Source: an uncultured virus (IMG/VR IMGVR_UViG_3300034050_000143) | Lineage: Duplodnaviria > Heunggongvirae > Uroviricota > Caudoviricetes > Crassvirales | Reading direction: 5' to 3' (one strand) | Length of the DNA: 20,000 nucleotides | IMG/VR virus record: IMGVR_UViG_3300034050_000143 | In this document: positions 1 through 9,703 of the stretch, in pieces | Numbering within the stretch: position 1 is the first letter of the stretch | How the letters are laid out: each line of letters starts with the position of its first letter | Position numbers and translations under genes: made by a program | Notes under the pieces: model-generated | Databases searched by the model: none | What the model saw: only the letters and a program-made list of their open reading frames with translations | What the model was told of the DNA's origin: nothing

Positions 1-2
1 TA

Positions 3-428
3 GCTAATACTTTAGATACATTAAGAGCCACTGGAGCAAGTGCTGGTGGAGCAACTGCTTTAGCTCAAGCGGCTTTACAAAGTAAGAAAGGTGTATCTGC
101 TAGTATAGAACAGCAAGAAGCTGCTAATGAAAAAATGAAAGCACAAGGCGAATCTGACATGCAGAAAATGAAAATGTCAGAAGCTCAAAGAGTTCAAGGT
201 GTTCAATTTAGTGAAGGTCAGAGATTACAACAAGCAGAAACAGAAGGTATTAAGTTCCAGTACGGAGAGCAAGAATCTAGGGATATATCTAAATTAAATA
301 GGTTATCTGGACAACAGGCTCAAGCGCAAGCAAATCAAGCGGCCGCTAAACAAGCTCAAGGAGCGGCTATTGCATCTGGTATAAGTGCTGTTGGAAATAT
401 AGCTGGTGGGTTTGCATCTGCTGGTTAG
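3..428 (+). CDS. Internal virion / DNA-ejection (pilot-type) protein, 5'-truncated by the window edge
   Basis: The frame of the 135..428 ORF stays open back to position 3 (ANTLDTLRATGASAGGATALAQAALQSKKGVSASIEQQEAANEK-M), so the true start is upstream. Ala/Gly/Gln-rich with a Gly/Ala hydrophobic C-terminus; first of a small-medium-giant trio typical of podoviral ejection genes (positional analogy to T7 gp14-16). Confidence 0.6.
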   Translation, partial: ANTLDTLRATGASAGGATALAQAALQSKKGVSASIEQQEAANEKMKAQGESDMQKMKMSEAQRVQGVQFSEGQRLQQAETEGIKFQYGEQESRDISKLNRLSGQQAQAQANQAAAKQAQGAAIASGISAVGNIAGGFASAG

Positions 429-458
429 TATTTTATAAACAATTAAAAAAAAACATCA

Positions 459-2261
459 ATGGGGTATTACGAAAATCCACCTATAATTCAACCAGGAAGA
501 GGTAGCGAAATGATTTCTTCAGCTATAGTAGATGCTTCTACTTCTATGTCTAGAGCTTTAATAGAAAAAGGTGAAAGAAAACGTCAAGAAGAAAAAGAGT
601 ATAAGTTAACACTTCAAAAACTTCAAGATAGAAAAAATGAGACTGATCTTTATTATAACGAAAAGTTATCTGAATGGGCTGTAAAGCAAACACACACTGA
701 TGACGTTGCTGATAAACAGATTTATTCTATAATGCAAGATTCTATAAAAAGTGCTGCTGATAGTAGAATATTATTGTTAAATGAAAACGATCCTAATAAA
801 AGACAAGAATATTTAAAAAATATTAGAAATGCTAACTCTCTTTTAGAAGGTTCTTCTACTTTTGCTAAGTCATTAGCTGGTCAAGTTGCTACTTGGAAGT
901 TAGATACTAAAGGTAGTAAAGTTGGTGTAGTAGGTGGTCATTTTGTTAATGGTAAAGACGAAGATGAAATAATGAATAACACTGCTGGTCTTGAAATACT
1001 TGGTAATATGAAACAAAGATACATAGATCCAAAAATAGATATACAAAAAGATGAAGATGGAGATGGTTTAATATTAACTGTAACAGGTAAACATAAAGAT
1101 AATAATAAAGATATTAATTTTAAGATATATTCTAAAAACTTTAATAAATCAGAAACTGAAACTGAAGACGGATTATTAGTACCTGTTGAAAGTTTAGATA
1201 CTTTTAACACTCAAGCTAAAGAGACTATAGTTGATAAAAAAGGAAATATATATGATGGTTTTTTATTAAAAGACTACGAAACTTTTGATCTTGATAGTAA
1301 AGGTACATCTGGAGGTAATGGAAGAGATATTTATCAAATAACAGGTGGAAGAAGATTACAAGTAACTGCTGCTAAAAACGAAATACGTAAGAAAGCAGAG
1401 GTTACAGCAACAGGTATGATTGGTGCCGATAGTGTTACTAGACTTAAAGCGATGTTAAATTACACATTAGAGAAAGGTCCATTATTCTATAATGAAAAAT
1501 TTGTAGTAGATGAAAAAGGACAGCCTAGAAGTACTGAGTCTCAAAAACAAATGCTTACAGAAATGCTTACTGAGAAATCATTCCAAAACATGGTTAATAA
1601 TTTCGAAAAAACCACGACTAAAGAAGGTGTTATATATTGGGATCCTACTGCTGACGTTAAATTAAAAGACAAACCTAGTAACGCTGATCTTAGAGGAACA
1701 ACAAATAAAAGTGGTGGTGGTGAAGACACTGGTAAAGACTATAGATCTGATTATTATGACAATTTAATTAAAGGTCCTAAGAAGAAACAAGGTGAAAGTC
1801 AAGCATATTACGATTATAGGTCTAGAAAATACTATGCTGAAAATCTAAACAGATTAGCTGGAGGTACAAGTAAATTTATTACTGGTGACGATCTATATAA
1901 AAAATGGTTACAAGGAGCGTCTAGCATTAAAGGAAGTGATAAAACAATAAAAGAAGAGTATGAATCTGGCAAATTAAAAGGAAATGATCCTAAACAAGCT
2001 TTCTATTCTGAATATCCTAAATCTGATTTATATTACGAAGAATCAGCTAATGATTATAGACCATTAACTAATTACAATATAAACAAAGCTGAGAGTAGAA
2101 CTAGATTAGCATTAGACCTTACCGCTGGAGAAGGAGAAATTAAAAAATTACAAGGAAAAGTTGGAGAAGCTAGTTTATCAGATTGGATGACCGCTAATCC
2201 TAAGAAGCAAGGTGAATCAGATATGCAATACGTTGCTAGATACAAAAAATATAAAATATAA
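459..2261 (+). CDS. Probable internal virion/ejection protein (600 aa)
   Basis: Long ORF with A-rich leader (aaacaattaaaaaaaaacatcaATG), coiled-coil-like N-terminus, located between the pilot-like gene and the giant gene. No catalytic motif recognised. Confidence 0.55.
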   Translation: MGYYENPPIIQPGRGSEMISSAIVDASTSMSRALIEKGERKRQEEKEYKLTLQKLQDRKNETDLYYNEKLSEWAVKQTHTDDVADKQIYSIMQDSIKSAADSRILLLNENDPNKRQEYLKNIRNANSLLEGSSTFAKSLAGQVATWKLDTKGSKVGVVGGHFVNGKDEDEIMNNTAGLEILGNMKQRYIDPKIDIQKDEDGDGLILTVTGKHKDNNKDINFKIYSKNFNKSETETEDGLLVPVESLDTFNTQAKETIVDKKGNIYDGFLLKDYETFDLDSKGTSGGNGRDIYQITGGRRLQVTAAKNEIRKKAEVTATGMIGADSVTRLKAMLNYTLEKGPLFYNEKFVVDEKGQPRSTESQKQMLTEMLTEKSFQNMVNNFEKTTTKEGVIYWDPTADVKLKDKPSNADLRGTTNKSGGGEDTGKDYRSDYYDNLIKGPKKKQGESQAYYDYRSRKYYAENLNRLAGGTSKFITGDDLYKKWLQGASSIKGSDKTIKEEYESGKLKGNDPKQAFYSEYPKSDLYYEESANDYRPLTNYNINKAESRTRLALDLTAGEGEIKKLQGKVGEASLSDWMTANPKKQGESDMQYVARYKKYKI

Positions 2262-2264
2262 AAA

Positions 2265-5200
2265 ATGGAAGACTTATATACTTTACCAGACGGATCAACA
2301 GTTGATATATCAAAATACTCTCAGTTACAGAGAATGCAGTTTTTATTAGACAATGAAGGAGCAAAAAAGTCAAAAGGCGGTGCAAAGAGTGCAGTTGTAA
2401 CGCCAAGAAAAAACAAAGCACTGACAAAAGATACGGATTCAAAATCGGTAAGTGGTACTTCAGCGCCTCAAAAATTTAGATTACCTACTATTGAAGAACT
2501 TCAGAAAAAAGGCGAAGCACCGCCACCATCTGAATCTGCAAGTCCTAGTATAGTAGATGTAAGTAGATTATATAACATGGTTGGTAATACTGGTAATCAA
2601 GTAAACCAACAAAATTTTAAAACTGCTACTACTAAAGGTAGGAAAGAACAAAAAGTTGAAGGTTATTTTACAGCTGGATCAGGCGCTATCGATGACTTAG
2701 TAGAAAGCATCGACAATCCTGGTAACACAAAAAACAAAAGAAGAGATTTAAAATATAGTATAGACACTATTAAGAATAAAATACAATTAACTGATTCTAA
2801 TTTATTGAATCCGTATTTATACTATTCTTCTAATAAGAAGGGCATTGATGATAGTTTTGTAGATAAAAACTATAGTTCTAAAGAGTTACAAGATATAGGT
2901 GTTAATCCAGATGATTTCGATGGTTACTTAAATAAAAAAGGATATAAAGAAGACTTCCTAAAAAAAGAAGCACAAGGTTTATACGAAGGTACTGGTAACG
3001 CTGCATTTTCAAGATATAATATAGGTTTAGCCAAAGAACTTGCTAAAAAGAAAATGCTTAATATGTATATGGAAGATATGCAAGGAAGGGATTTTACTAA
3101 ACAAGATCTTGATCAAGACTTAGAAATAGCTTTTGGTATGCGAGACAAGAAAGAAATAGTACGAAATGAAATATTCAATACTAATGGTATATCAAAATAC
3201 GTAGAAAAAAACTTCCCTATAGTAACTCAAAAGTTAAAAGATAGAGATATTGAAAATAAAAGAATATACGAAGAGTCTAAAAAAGGAGGAACTGATTTCT
3301 TTTCTTGGGACACACTTGGTAAAATGGGTAAATCTGGGTGGAACGCAGTATCTGATAGAACTAAGCAGATTAGTGCTACGGTTTATGACACTTTAGGAAT
3401 GGATACTACCGCTGAAGGTATTAGAGCTTTAGACGAAGAAAATAAATTTATAAGACCAGATGACAGAGGTATTGCCTATGCTTCTGGTAAATCTGTTTCA
3501 TATAAAGGAACAAACTATTTAGTTGATTCTAAAGGAGAAATATATGACACGGATGCAAAGATAAGGGTTACTGATTTATTTGATGAATCTGAGTATAAAA
3601 ACATAGTAGAAACATCTAAGTACGCTCCATCTGATTTCGTATTCAGTACTCAAGGCGCTGCAGTACAAACTTCAGGCGTAATGGCTGATATGCTAATACA
3701 GGCAGCTGTTACTCGTGGAATTGGACAATTTGGCGCTATGGCAAGTGGAGCTAGACTAGCTTTAAATGGAGCTAGACAAACTAGTAGGTTCACATCTATA
3801 TTAAATGATAGTTCTCAATTATTAAAAAGAATACCACTTGATAGAGCTACTGGTTATTCTATGATAGCACAAGGTGCTTTAGGATATTCTCAAGGTTACG
3901 AGGATACATTAAAAGCAGCTAGAGATGCTGGGATAAATGATGAAGAAGCTTTTAAACTTGCTTCTACCAGCGCTCAAAGAATGGCTATTCTATATAGTAC
4001 AACTGGTGCAATCAACCCGCAAACTAAATTAGTAGAAAATGTATTTGGTTCTAAAAATGTAATTAAAAAAGCTATAGATCAATACTTGAAAACAGGTGAA
4101 AAAGGATTTGTAGCTTATATAGATGATATAATTAAAAGTACACCTAGAAACTTAGTTGAGTTCGCTGAAGAAGGTGGTAAAGAAGTTATTCAAGAGAATA
4201 TACAACAGGCAGGTGAATTAGGAGTTAACAGACTTACTAATCAAGAAGCTGGTAAGAAGATAGTTAATGATGTAATGACAGGAGATGATTTCATGAATAC
4301 ATCGATACTTTCTTTTATATCTTCTGGTTTGATTTCTAAAGCTAAAATACCTAGTTTTAGTTCTAATGATAATAATGTAGATAATTTAACTTCATTAAAT
4401 ACTTTAGCTAAAAATAAAAAAGAGTTTGTAAAAATAGTAGATGGATTAGTAGATCAAAAAGTGTTCACATTAGATCAAGTAAAAGCTTTGAAAGACGATG
4501 TGGATATTTATGATAATAATGTAAATAAAATACCTAAATCAATATCTCCAGAAATAGCAATGCCTGTTATGAGGGAGTTAGATAAGGTTACTAAACTTCA
4601 AAATGAAAAAGAATCTGTAGACAAAGCCTTTCACCCTAAGTTAGATGAAAAGATAAATCAAATTAGACAGAATATATTAGATATAGAGTATTCAAATGAT
4701 TTAAAAATAAAAAACAAACAGATATTAAACGCTATAAATAAAGGTGTAGCTAAAGGTATTTCTACTAAAAGTTTTTCTACTACTGAAGAAGTTAATAATT
4801 ACTTAATTAATGAAGTAGGTATACCTGAAAAAGATGTCTCTATGTACAGTTCTCAAGGTGGATTTGCTTTAAGTTCTGCTGCATTAAAAAAATATTCTAA
4901 AGATCCAGATTCTATTCCAGAAAATACTCAATTAATAGTCATTAATGAATCTAAGAGTAGAGACGCAGGTGTAATACAACACGAATTTTTACACGGAGTA
5001 CTTCAGAATACTTTAAAAGAAAATCCTGAAGCACAAAAACTAATAGGTAATGCTTTGGCTAAAGAATTGTTGAAAATAAATGATAACTTAAAGAAAAAAG
5101 GATTAGACGAAAGTGCTTTACCCGTAGAGTATGCAAAAAGATTAGGTGCATATATGGAAAGAAACACTAACGACAAAGCTGAAGCGATTGCAAGGTATGA

Positions 5201-8200
5201 AATAAATATGCGTGAAGCTAGAAACAACCCATCTAAGATGGCAGAAATAAAAGCGAAGCATAATGATTATATGAGTGGATTAGATGGTGTTTTCTGGGAA
5301 GAAGCAATAGTTCTATATTCCGATGCTTTGAGACGTGGTTATGTAACTTATAATGAAAATACATTTACAAAACTTGGAGATACAATAAGAAGAGTTTTAC
5401 AATACCTAGGTATAAAAGATGTAAAATTTAATTCTGGTAAAGATGTTTATAATTTCTTAAAAGATTATAATAATAGCATTGAAACTGGAAATTGGGGTAA
5501 GGCATTGACTAAAATGAGTAATAAAGGCGCTAGTATAGGTATAAAAAGCGATAAAGATGTTACAAAATCAAAACCATCAGCACCACAAAAGAAATTCTCT
5601 TTAAGTGAAAAAAAATCTGCAGATGAAATTAAAAAAGACGTAAATAAAAACTACAATAAAGATACTTTTACACAAAAAATAAATAGTGAAAGAGATCCTT
5701 CTTTATATGACATATTAAAAGAATATGAGTTTATAGTTAAAGGTAAAGCTAAATCACTGGGTTACGCAAACACACCTGACTATAGTGAGTTAGATATGAT
5801 AATGGAAACTCAAATGGCTTTAATTCCTCATATTCGTAACTTTAATAAAGAATTTTTACAAAAAAGAGAAGAATATAAGCAAGAATTAATAAGTAAAGGT
5901 CTTGATCCTGACAGTAAAGAGTTTAAAGACAAAGTACAGACACAAGATGAAAAAGGTTATCAAGGTAAAAAAGGCATCGTAAAAGAAAATGACGACTTAA
6001 ATGCTTGGATAAATTCTCAGTTAGGTAATAAAATGAAGGTTGCACTTAATACAGGTAACGTAACTACTCAAAAATTTACAGAAGATGTAGAAGGTGAAAT
6101 GTTTAAAGAATCTAATATATCTGACGGTTTTGGTGGTGATGAAGGTTATTTAATGGACGAAGGTGAAACTGTCTTTGAAGCACAACAAGACTTTGAACAA
6201 GAGCAAAATGCTTTAGCAGTTTTATTAAGTGATCCTGTATTTAGATTTACAGATGATAAAGGTAATTATATAGACATTGAAACAATACCTTTTGGCGCAC
6301 TATATGTAACAGAAGCTACAGATCCTTCTGTTCCTGCTAATAAGAAATTAAAAACAGAAACTAATCTAGCAAAAATAAAAGAACTTAAAAAAGAGATAAG
6401 TGATTTAAGACGTGGTTTAGAACTAGAATCTAAAAAAGATATAACACCTGAAGAAAAACAAGAACTTAAAAACTTAAAGTCTTTTGATTCTTTTGATCTA
6501 TCTACTGGTAATGTAATAAAAACATTTAAAGCTTTATCTACACAAGACACACCTGCTAAAATCGTTATAGATGATGTTGCTCGTGAAATATTATATTCTC
6601 CAAACATTGAGACTTTAGAGTTCCGTAATTTTAAAGAGAAGTTATCTGATTTGTCTAAGACAATGATGAAAAGAATGACTTTTGAAACAGGTGAAGGACT
6701 TGAATCTTTAATGTATAATGAATGGAAGTTATTATACGATGTTATTAATCACCCTATTGATGCTGTTACTGGGGAATCTAGTTATGCATCTAAGAAATTG
6801 CCTCCTAGATTAAAAGAATTTGATGATAAAGGTAATCTTAAGAAAATAGGTAATATAACTAGAGTTAAGTTCTTACAATCATTTTACGGAATAGAAGATG
6901 CTACTAGAATAATAAATAAGTTTGGTGGAAGTAATGCTGAATCAGAGATTTTACAGTTTGAAGATCCTGAAATGAATGATAAAACAGGTAATAAACTATG
7001 GCCAACCGCTTATTTTGATAGAAGAACAGCACTAAGAGAGTTATTTGGTGACGTAATGGTACTTCAAGAAGCTAGAAGACTAATACGTAACGAGGAATTT
7101 TTATCTAAAGTAGCTGAAAGAAATGTTAACTTATATAACAGTCTTAAAGATGATATTATTAGAGCAGAAGTTCTAAATAATATGGCTAAAGGTAAAAGTG
7201 ATATAGTTAAATTTAGTTTAGCAGAAGAATCAAATGGTAAAATATCTGAATTTTTACAAGGATTAAACATAGGACAACAATGGGTTGTTGCTAGAGACAT
7301 AGATAGAGCTATCTTAAATAGTAGATTATTAGTAGGAACACAACAAGACGTAGTAACTTTTAAAGTTCCTAGTAGATCTAAAATGTCTGATAAATCAACT
7401 GCTTATTTTATAATAAGTAAAGTTGCAGAAGGTTACAATAACTTTGAGTTCATGGTTGATAAGAATTCCAAAGGTCCTTTAACTAAACAGGTGTTAAATG
7501 CTGTTGATATTAAAAACAAAGATATATCTAAAACAAAACAAAATGCAATAGTTAAGTTTAGTCTAGAAGAAACAATGAATGATATAATAGAAGAAAATAC
7601 TGGAGTAAAATCTTCTGAAAAATTCTCTCCTGAAACTGCTAAAAACATAGGTAAAAACATAGGTAAAAATGAATTCTATCTACCACCACAAGATGAGGAT
7701 TTCTTAGGTTTAATATATACACTTGCTTCTGGTAAAGGCGCGATGGGAGAGGCTCAGTTAGATTTCTTTAAAGATAATTTATTAAAACCTTATAGTACTG
7801 CGATGCTTAATTTAATGAAAGCAAGACAGACTATGTATAAAGACTGGAAAGACTTAATAAAGAACAAACATAAAGGTATAACTAAGTTGTTGAAAGAAGA
7901 TTCTGGATATGAAGGTTATACTATAGATCAAGCTGTTAGGGTTTATCTTTGGAAAAATGCTAAATACGATATACCTGGATTAGATTCAAAAGACATGTTT
8001 AATTTGGTTCAATTAGTTAGAACTAATAAAAAACTAAGAGATTTTGCTACAGACGTTTCGTTATTATCTAAACAAGCTAATGGATATATAGAACCAGATA
8101 AGAATTGGGGTTTTGGTAGTGTTGTTGGAGATATAAACACTGTAATATCTAAGTCTAATAGAAAAAAATACTTAGAACAATGGCAGAACAATGTAGATAA

Positions 8201-9596
8201 GATATTCTCTAAAGATAACATGAGTAAGATAGAAGCTGTTTATGGCAGACAATATGCTAGTGCTTTAAGGAATATGTTAGATAGAATGGAAAGTGGTACT
8301 AACAGACAGAAAGGTTCTAATGATGAATTTTTAAACTGGTTAAATGGTGCTACAGCTGATGTAATGTGGTGGAACGTTCGTTCTGCTGCTCTACAAACAT
8401 TAGGAGCTATAAACTATATAAATACTAGTGATAACAATATATTAAAAGCTAGTAAGGCATTTTTAAATATGCCTCAGTTTATAGAAGACTTCATGACTAT
8501 ATGGAGATCAGATTATTCTAAAGATAGAAGATCTGGACTTATGAATGACGTTGCTGAAGCTGAATTTGCTCAAATGATGAACGATCCAAGAAATAAAAGT
8601 CTTGGAGATAAGTTAAAAGCGGCTAACTATTATCTACTTAAAAACGGATTCAATGCTACTAGATTTATGGATAGTTTCGCTATTGCATTAGGTGGTGCTA
8701 GTTTCTATAGAAATAGATTAGATACATATAAAAAACAAGGTCTATCAGATGAAGAAGCTGAAACTAAAACAATGAGTGACTTCTATGATGTATCAGAACA
8801 GTCGCAACAATCAGCAGATGTTTCTAAAATATCTAAAAATCAAGCAAGTACTAGAGGTAGATTGCTATTAGCCTTCTTAAATACTCCTTTTCAATATTCA
8901 AGACTTATAAAGAAATCAGTAATTGATTTAGTTAAAGGAAGAGGAAGTGTTGTAAACAATGTTTCAAAGATAGTATATTATGGTGTAGTTCAAAACGTTA
9001 TGTTTAACATGCTTCAAAATGCTTTATTCACTAAGATATTTGGTGATGATGACGAAGAAGAACTTACTACTGCAGAAATGAGAACTATAAACGGTGCTTT
9101 AGATACAATATTAAGAGGTGCTGGTTTAACAGGAGTATTAATGTCTGTAGCTAAAAATGCTATAGTTAAATGGTATGAAAAAAGTGGTGATCCAAAAGGT
9201 TACGGTGATGTATTGTTAGAACTAGCAAACGTTGCTCCTGCTATAGGAACTAAACTTAGATCAGTAGCTAAAGCATATAAAGCATTTGAATATAATAAAG
9301 ACGAAATAATGTATAAAGGATTTAGTCTTGATAATGAATATGCTATTGAAGCTCTTACTTCTTTAACTACGGCTAGATATAATATACCTTTAGATAGAAT
9401 ATATCAAAAATCACAGAATATTATGGCTGCTTTAGATTCAGAAACAGAGAACTGGCAGAGAGTATTCTTATTGATGGGTTATAGCGCATGGAATTTAGGC
9501 ATGGAAGATAAAGATGAAAAACCAGAGACTAACGCTAGAAGTTTAAAAAAATCTAATCTAACAAGAGGAGGTTTGAAAAAACAAGGTTTAAGATAA
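2265..9596 (+). CDS. Giant internal virion/ejection 'polyvalent' protein (2443 aa) with zincin motif and sigma region-2-like segment
   Basis: HEFLH at aa 906-910 (4980-4994) with downstream EE (aa 1012-1013); KFSL at aa 1110, 1649 and 1764; sigma-r2-like stretch at aa 1149-1261; amphipathic helical C-terminal third resembling large podoviral ejection proteins; last gene of the structural arm. Confidence 0.65.
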   Translation: MEDLYTLPDGSTVDISKYSQLQRMQFLLDNEGAKKSKGGAKSAVVTPRKNKALTKDTDSKSVSGTSAPQKFRLPTIEELQKKGEAPPPSESASPSIVDVSRLYNMVGNTGNQVNQQNFKTATTKGRKEQKVEGYFTAGSGAIDDLVESIDNPGNTKNKRRDLKYSIDTIKNKIQLTDSNLLNPYLYYSSNKKGIDDSFVDKNYSSKELQDIGVNPDDFDGYLNKKGYKEDFLKKEAQGLYEGTGNAAFSRYNIGLAKELAKKKMLNMYMEDMQGRDFTKQDLDQDLEIAFGMRDKKEIVRNEIFNTNGISKYVEKNFPIVTQKLKDRDIENKRIYEESKKGGTDFFSWDTLGKMGKSGWNAVSDRTKQISATVYDTLGMDTTAEGIRALDEENKFIRPDDRGIAYASGKSVSYKGTNYLVDSKGEIYDTDAKIRVTDLFDESEYKNIVETSKYAPSDFVFSTQGAAVQTSGVMADMLIQAAVTRGIGQFGAMASGARLALNGARQTSRFTSILNDSSQLLKRIPLDRATGYSMIAQGALGYSQGYEDTLKAARDAGINDEEAFKLASTSAQRMAILYSTTGAINPQTKLVENVFGSKNVIKKAIDQYLKTGEKGFVAYIDDIIKSTPRNLVEFAEEGGKEVIQENIQQAGELGVNRLTNQEAGKKIVNDVMTGDDFMNTSILSFISSGLISKAKIPSFSSNDNNVDNLTSLNTLAKNKKEFVKIVDGLVDQKVFTLDQVKALKDDVDIYDNNVNKIPKSISPEIAMPVMRELDKVTKLQNEKESVDKAFHPKLDEKINQIRQNILDIEYSNDLKIKNKQILNAINKGVAKGISTKSFSTTEEVNNYLINEVGIPEKDVSMYSSQGGFALSSAALKKYSKDPDSIPENTQLIVINESKSRDAGVIQHEFLHGVLQNTLKENPEAQKLIGNALAKELLKINDNLKKKGLDESALPVEYAKRLGAYMERNTNDKAEAIARYEINMREARNNPSKMAEIKAKHNDYMSGLDGVFWEEAIVLYSDALRRGYVTYNENTFTKLGDTIRRVLQYLGIKDVKFNSGKDVYNFLKDYNNSIETGNWGKALTKMSNKGASIGIKSDKDVTKSKPSAPQKKFSLSEKKSADEIKKDVNKNYNKDTFTQKINSERDPSLYDILKEYEFIVKGKAKSLGYANTPDYSELDMIMETQMALIPHIRNFNKEFLQKREEYKQELISKGLDPDSKEFKDKVQTQDEKGYQGKKGIVKENDDLNAWINSQLGNKMKVALNTGNVTTQKFTEDVEGEMFKESNISDGFGGDEGYLMDEGETVFEAQQDFEQEQNALAVLLSDPVFRFTDDKGNYIDIETIPFGALYVTEATDPSVPANKKLKTETNLAKIKELKKEISDLRRGLELESKKDITPEEKQELKNLKSFDSFDLSTGNVIKTFKALSTQDTPAKIVIDDVAREILYSPNIETLEFRNFKEKLSDLSKTMMKRMTFETGEGLESLMYNEWKLLYDVINHPIDAVTGESSYASKKLPPRLKEFDDKGNLKKIGNITRVKFLQSFYGIEDATRIINKFGGSNAESEILQFEDPEMNDKTGNKLWPTAYFDRRTALRELFGDVMVLQEARRLIRNEEFLSKVAERNVNLYNSLKDDIIRAEVLNNMAKGKSDIVKFSLAEESNGKISEFLQGLNIGQQWVVARDIDRAILNSRLLVGTQQDVVTFKVPSRSKMSDKSTAYFIISKVAEGYNNFEFMVDKNSKGPLTKQVLNAVDIKNKDISKTKQNAIVKFSLEETMNDIIEENTGVKSSEKFSPETAKNIGKNIGKNEFYLPPQDEDFLGLIYTLASGKGAMGEAQLDFFKDNLLKPYSTAMLNLMKARQTMYKDWKDLIKNKHKGITKLLKEDSGYEGYTIDQAVRVYLWKNAKYDIPGLDSKDMFNLVQLVRTNKKLRDFATDVSLLSKQANGYIEPDKNWGFGSVVGDINTVISKSNRKKYLEQWQNNVDKIFSKDNMSKIEAVYGRQYASALRNMLDRMESGTNRQKGSNDEFLNWLNGATADVMWWNVRSAALQTLGAINYINTSDNNILKASKAFLNMPQFIEDFMTIWRSDYSKDRRSGLMNDVAEAEFAQMMNDPRNKSLGDKLKAANYYLLKNGFNATRFMDSFAIALGGASFYRNRLDTYKKQGLSDEEAETKTMSDFYDVSEQSQQSADVSKISKNQASTRGRLLLAFLNTPFQYSRLIKKSVIDLVKGRGSVVNNVSKIVYYGVVQNVMFNMLQNALFTKIFGDDDEEELTTAEMRTINGALDTILRGAGLTGVLMSVAKNAIVKWYEKSGDPKGYGDVLLELANVAPAIGTKLRSVAKAYKAFEYNKDEIMYKGFSLDNEYAIEALTSLTTARYNIPLDRIYQKSQNIMAALDSETENWQRVFLLMGYSAWNLGMEDKDEKPETNARSLKKSNLTRGGLKKQGLR
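7640..7669 (+). repeat. In-frame 12-bp tandem repeat (taaaaacatagg x2.5; KNIG-KNIG-KN)
   Basis: Directly visible: taaaaacatagg taaaaacatagg taaaaa. Confidence 0.85.
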
Positions 9597-9640
9597 TAGA
9601 AACAATATAAGATGAGCAACATACTCAAAGTTTCTATATA

Positions 9641-9681
9641 AGAAAAGGGGATCACAATTAAGTGTATCCCCTTTCTTTATT
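9641..9681. terminator. Bidirectional intrinsic terminator between the convergent arms
   Basis: Hairpin AAAGGGGAT-CAC-aattaa-GTG-t-ATCCCCTTT (9644-9674), A-rich on the left and T-rich on the right, between the stops at 9596 (+) and 9704 (-). Confidence 0.85.
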
Positions 9682-9703
9682 TAGTGTGTATAGCACTTAT
9701 AAG

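Noticed and set aside
1549..1572. Short in-frame duplication aaatgcttacag/aaatgcttactg (MLTE-MLTE)
   Set aside because: Two-copy micro-duplication within coding sequence with no sign of independent function.
2199..2250. KQGESDMQYVARYKK resembling the retroelement Gag major homology region
   Set aside because: Too short, at the extreme C-terminus, with no capsid-domain context; likely a convergent helix-cap motif.
2904..2927. NPDDFDGY in the giant protein resembling the RNAP NADFDGD motif (crAss-type virion RNAP)
   Set aside because: The third Asp of DxDxD is missing (DFDGY), the motif is near the N-terminus, and I see no double-psi beta-barrel context.
938..8221. Minus-strand ORFs 938-1210, 1541-1729, 2236-2442, 5003-5227, 6266-6607, 7064-7300, 7433-7660, 8009-8221
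   Set aside because: Antisense shadows of long + strand genes, with the Ser/Leu/Phe/Ile-rich composition expected from reverse-complemented A-rich codons.
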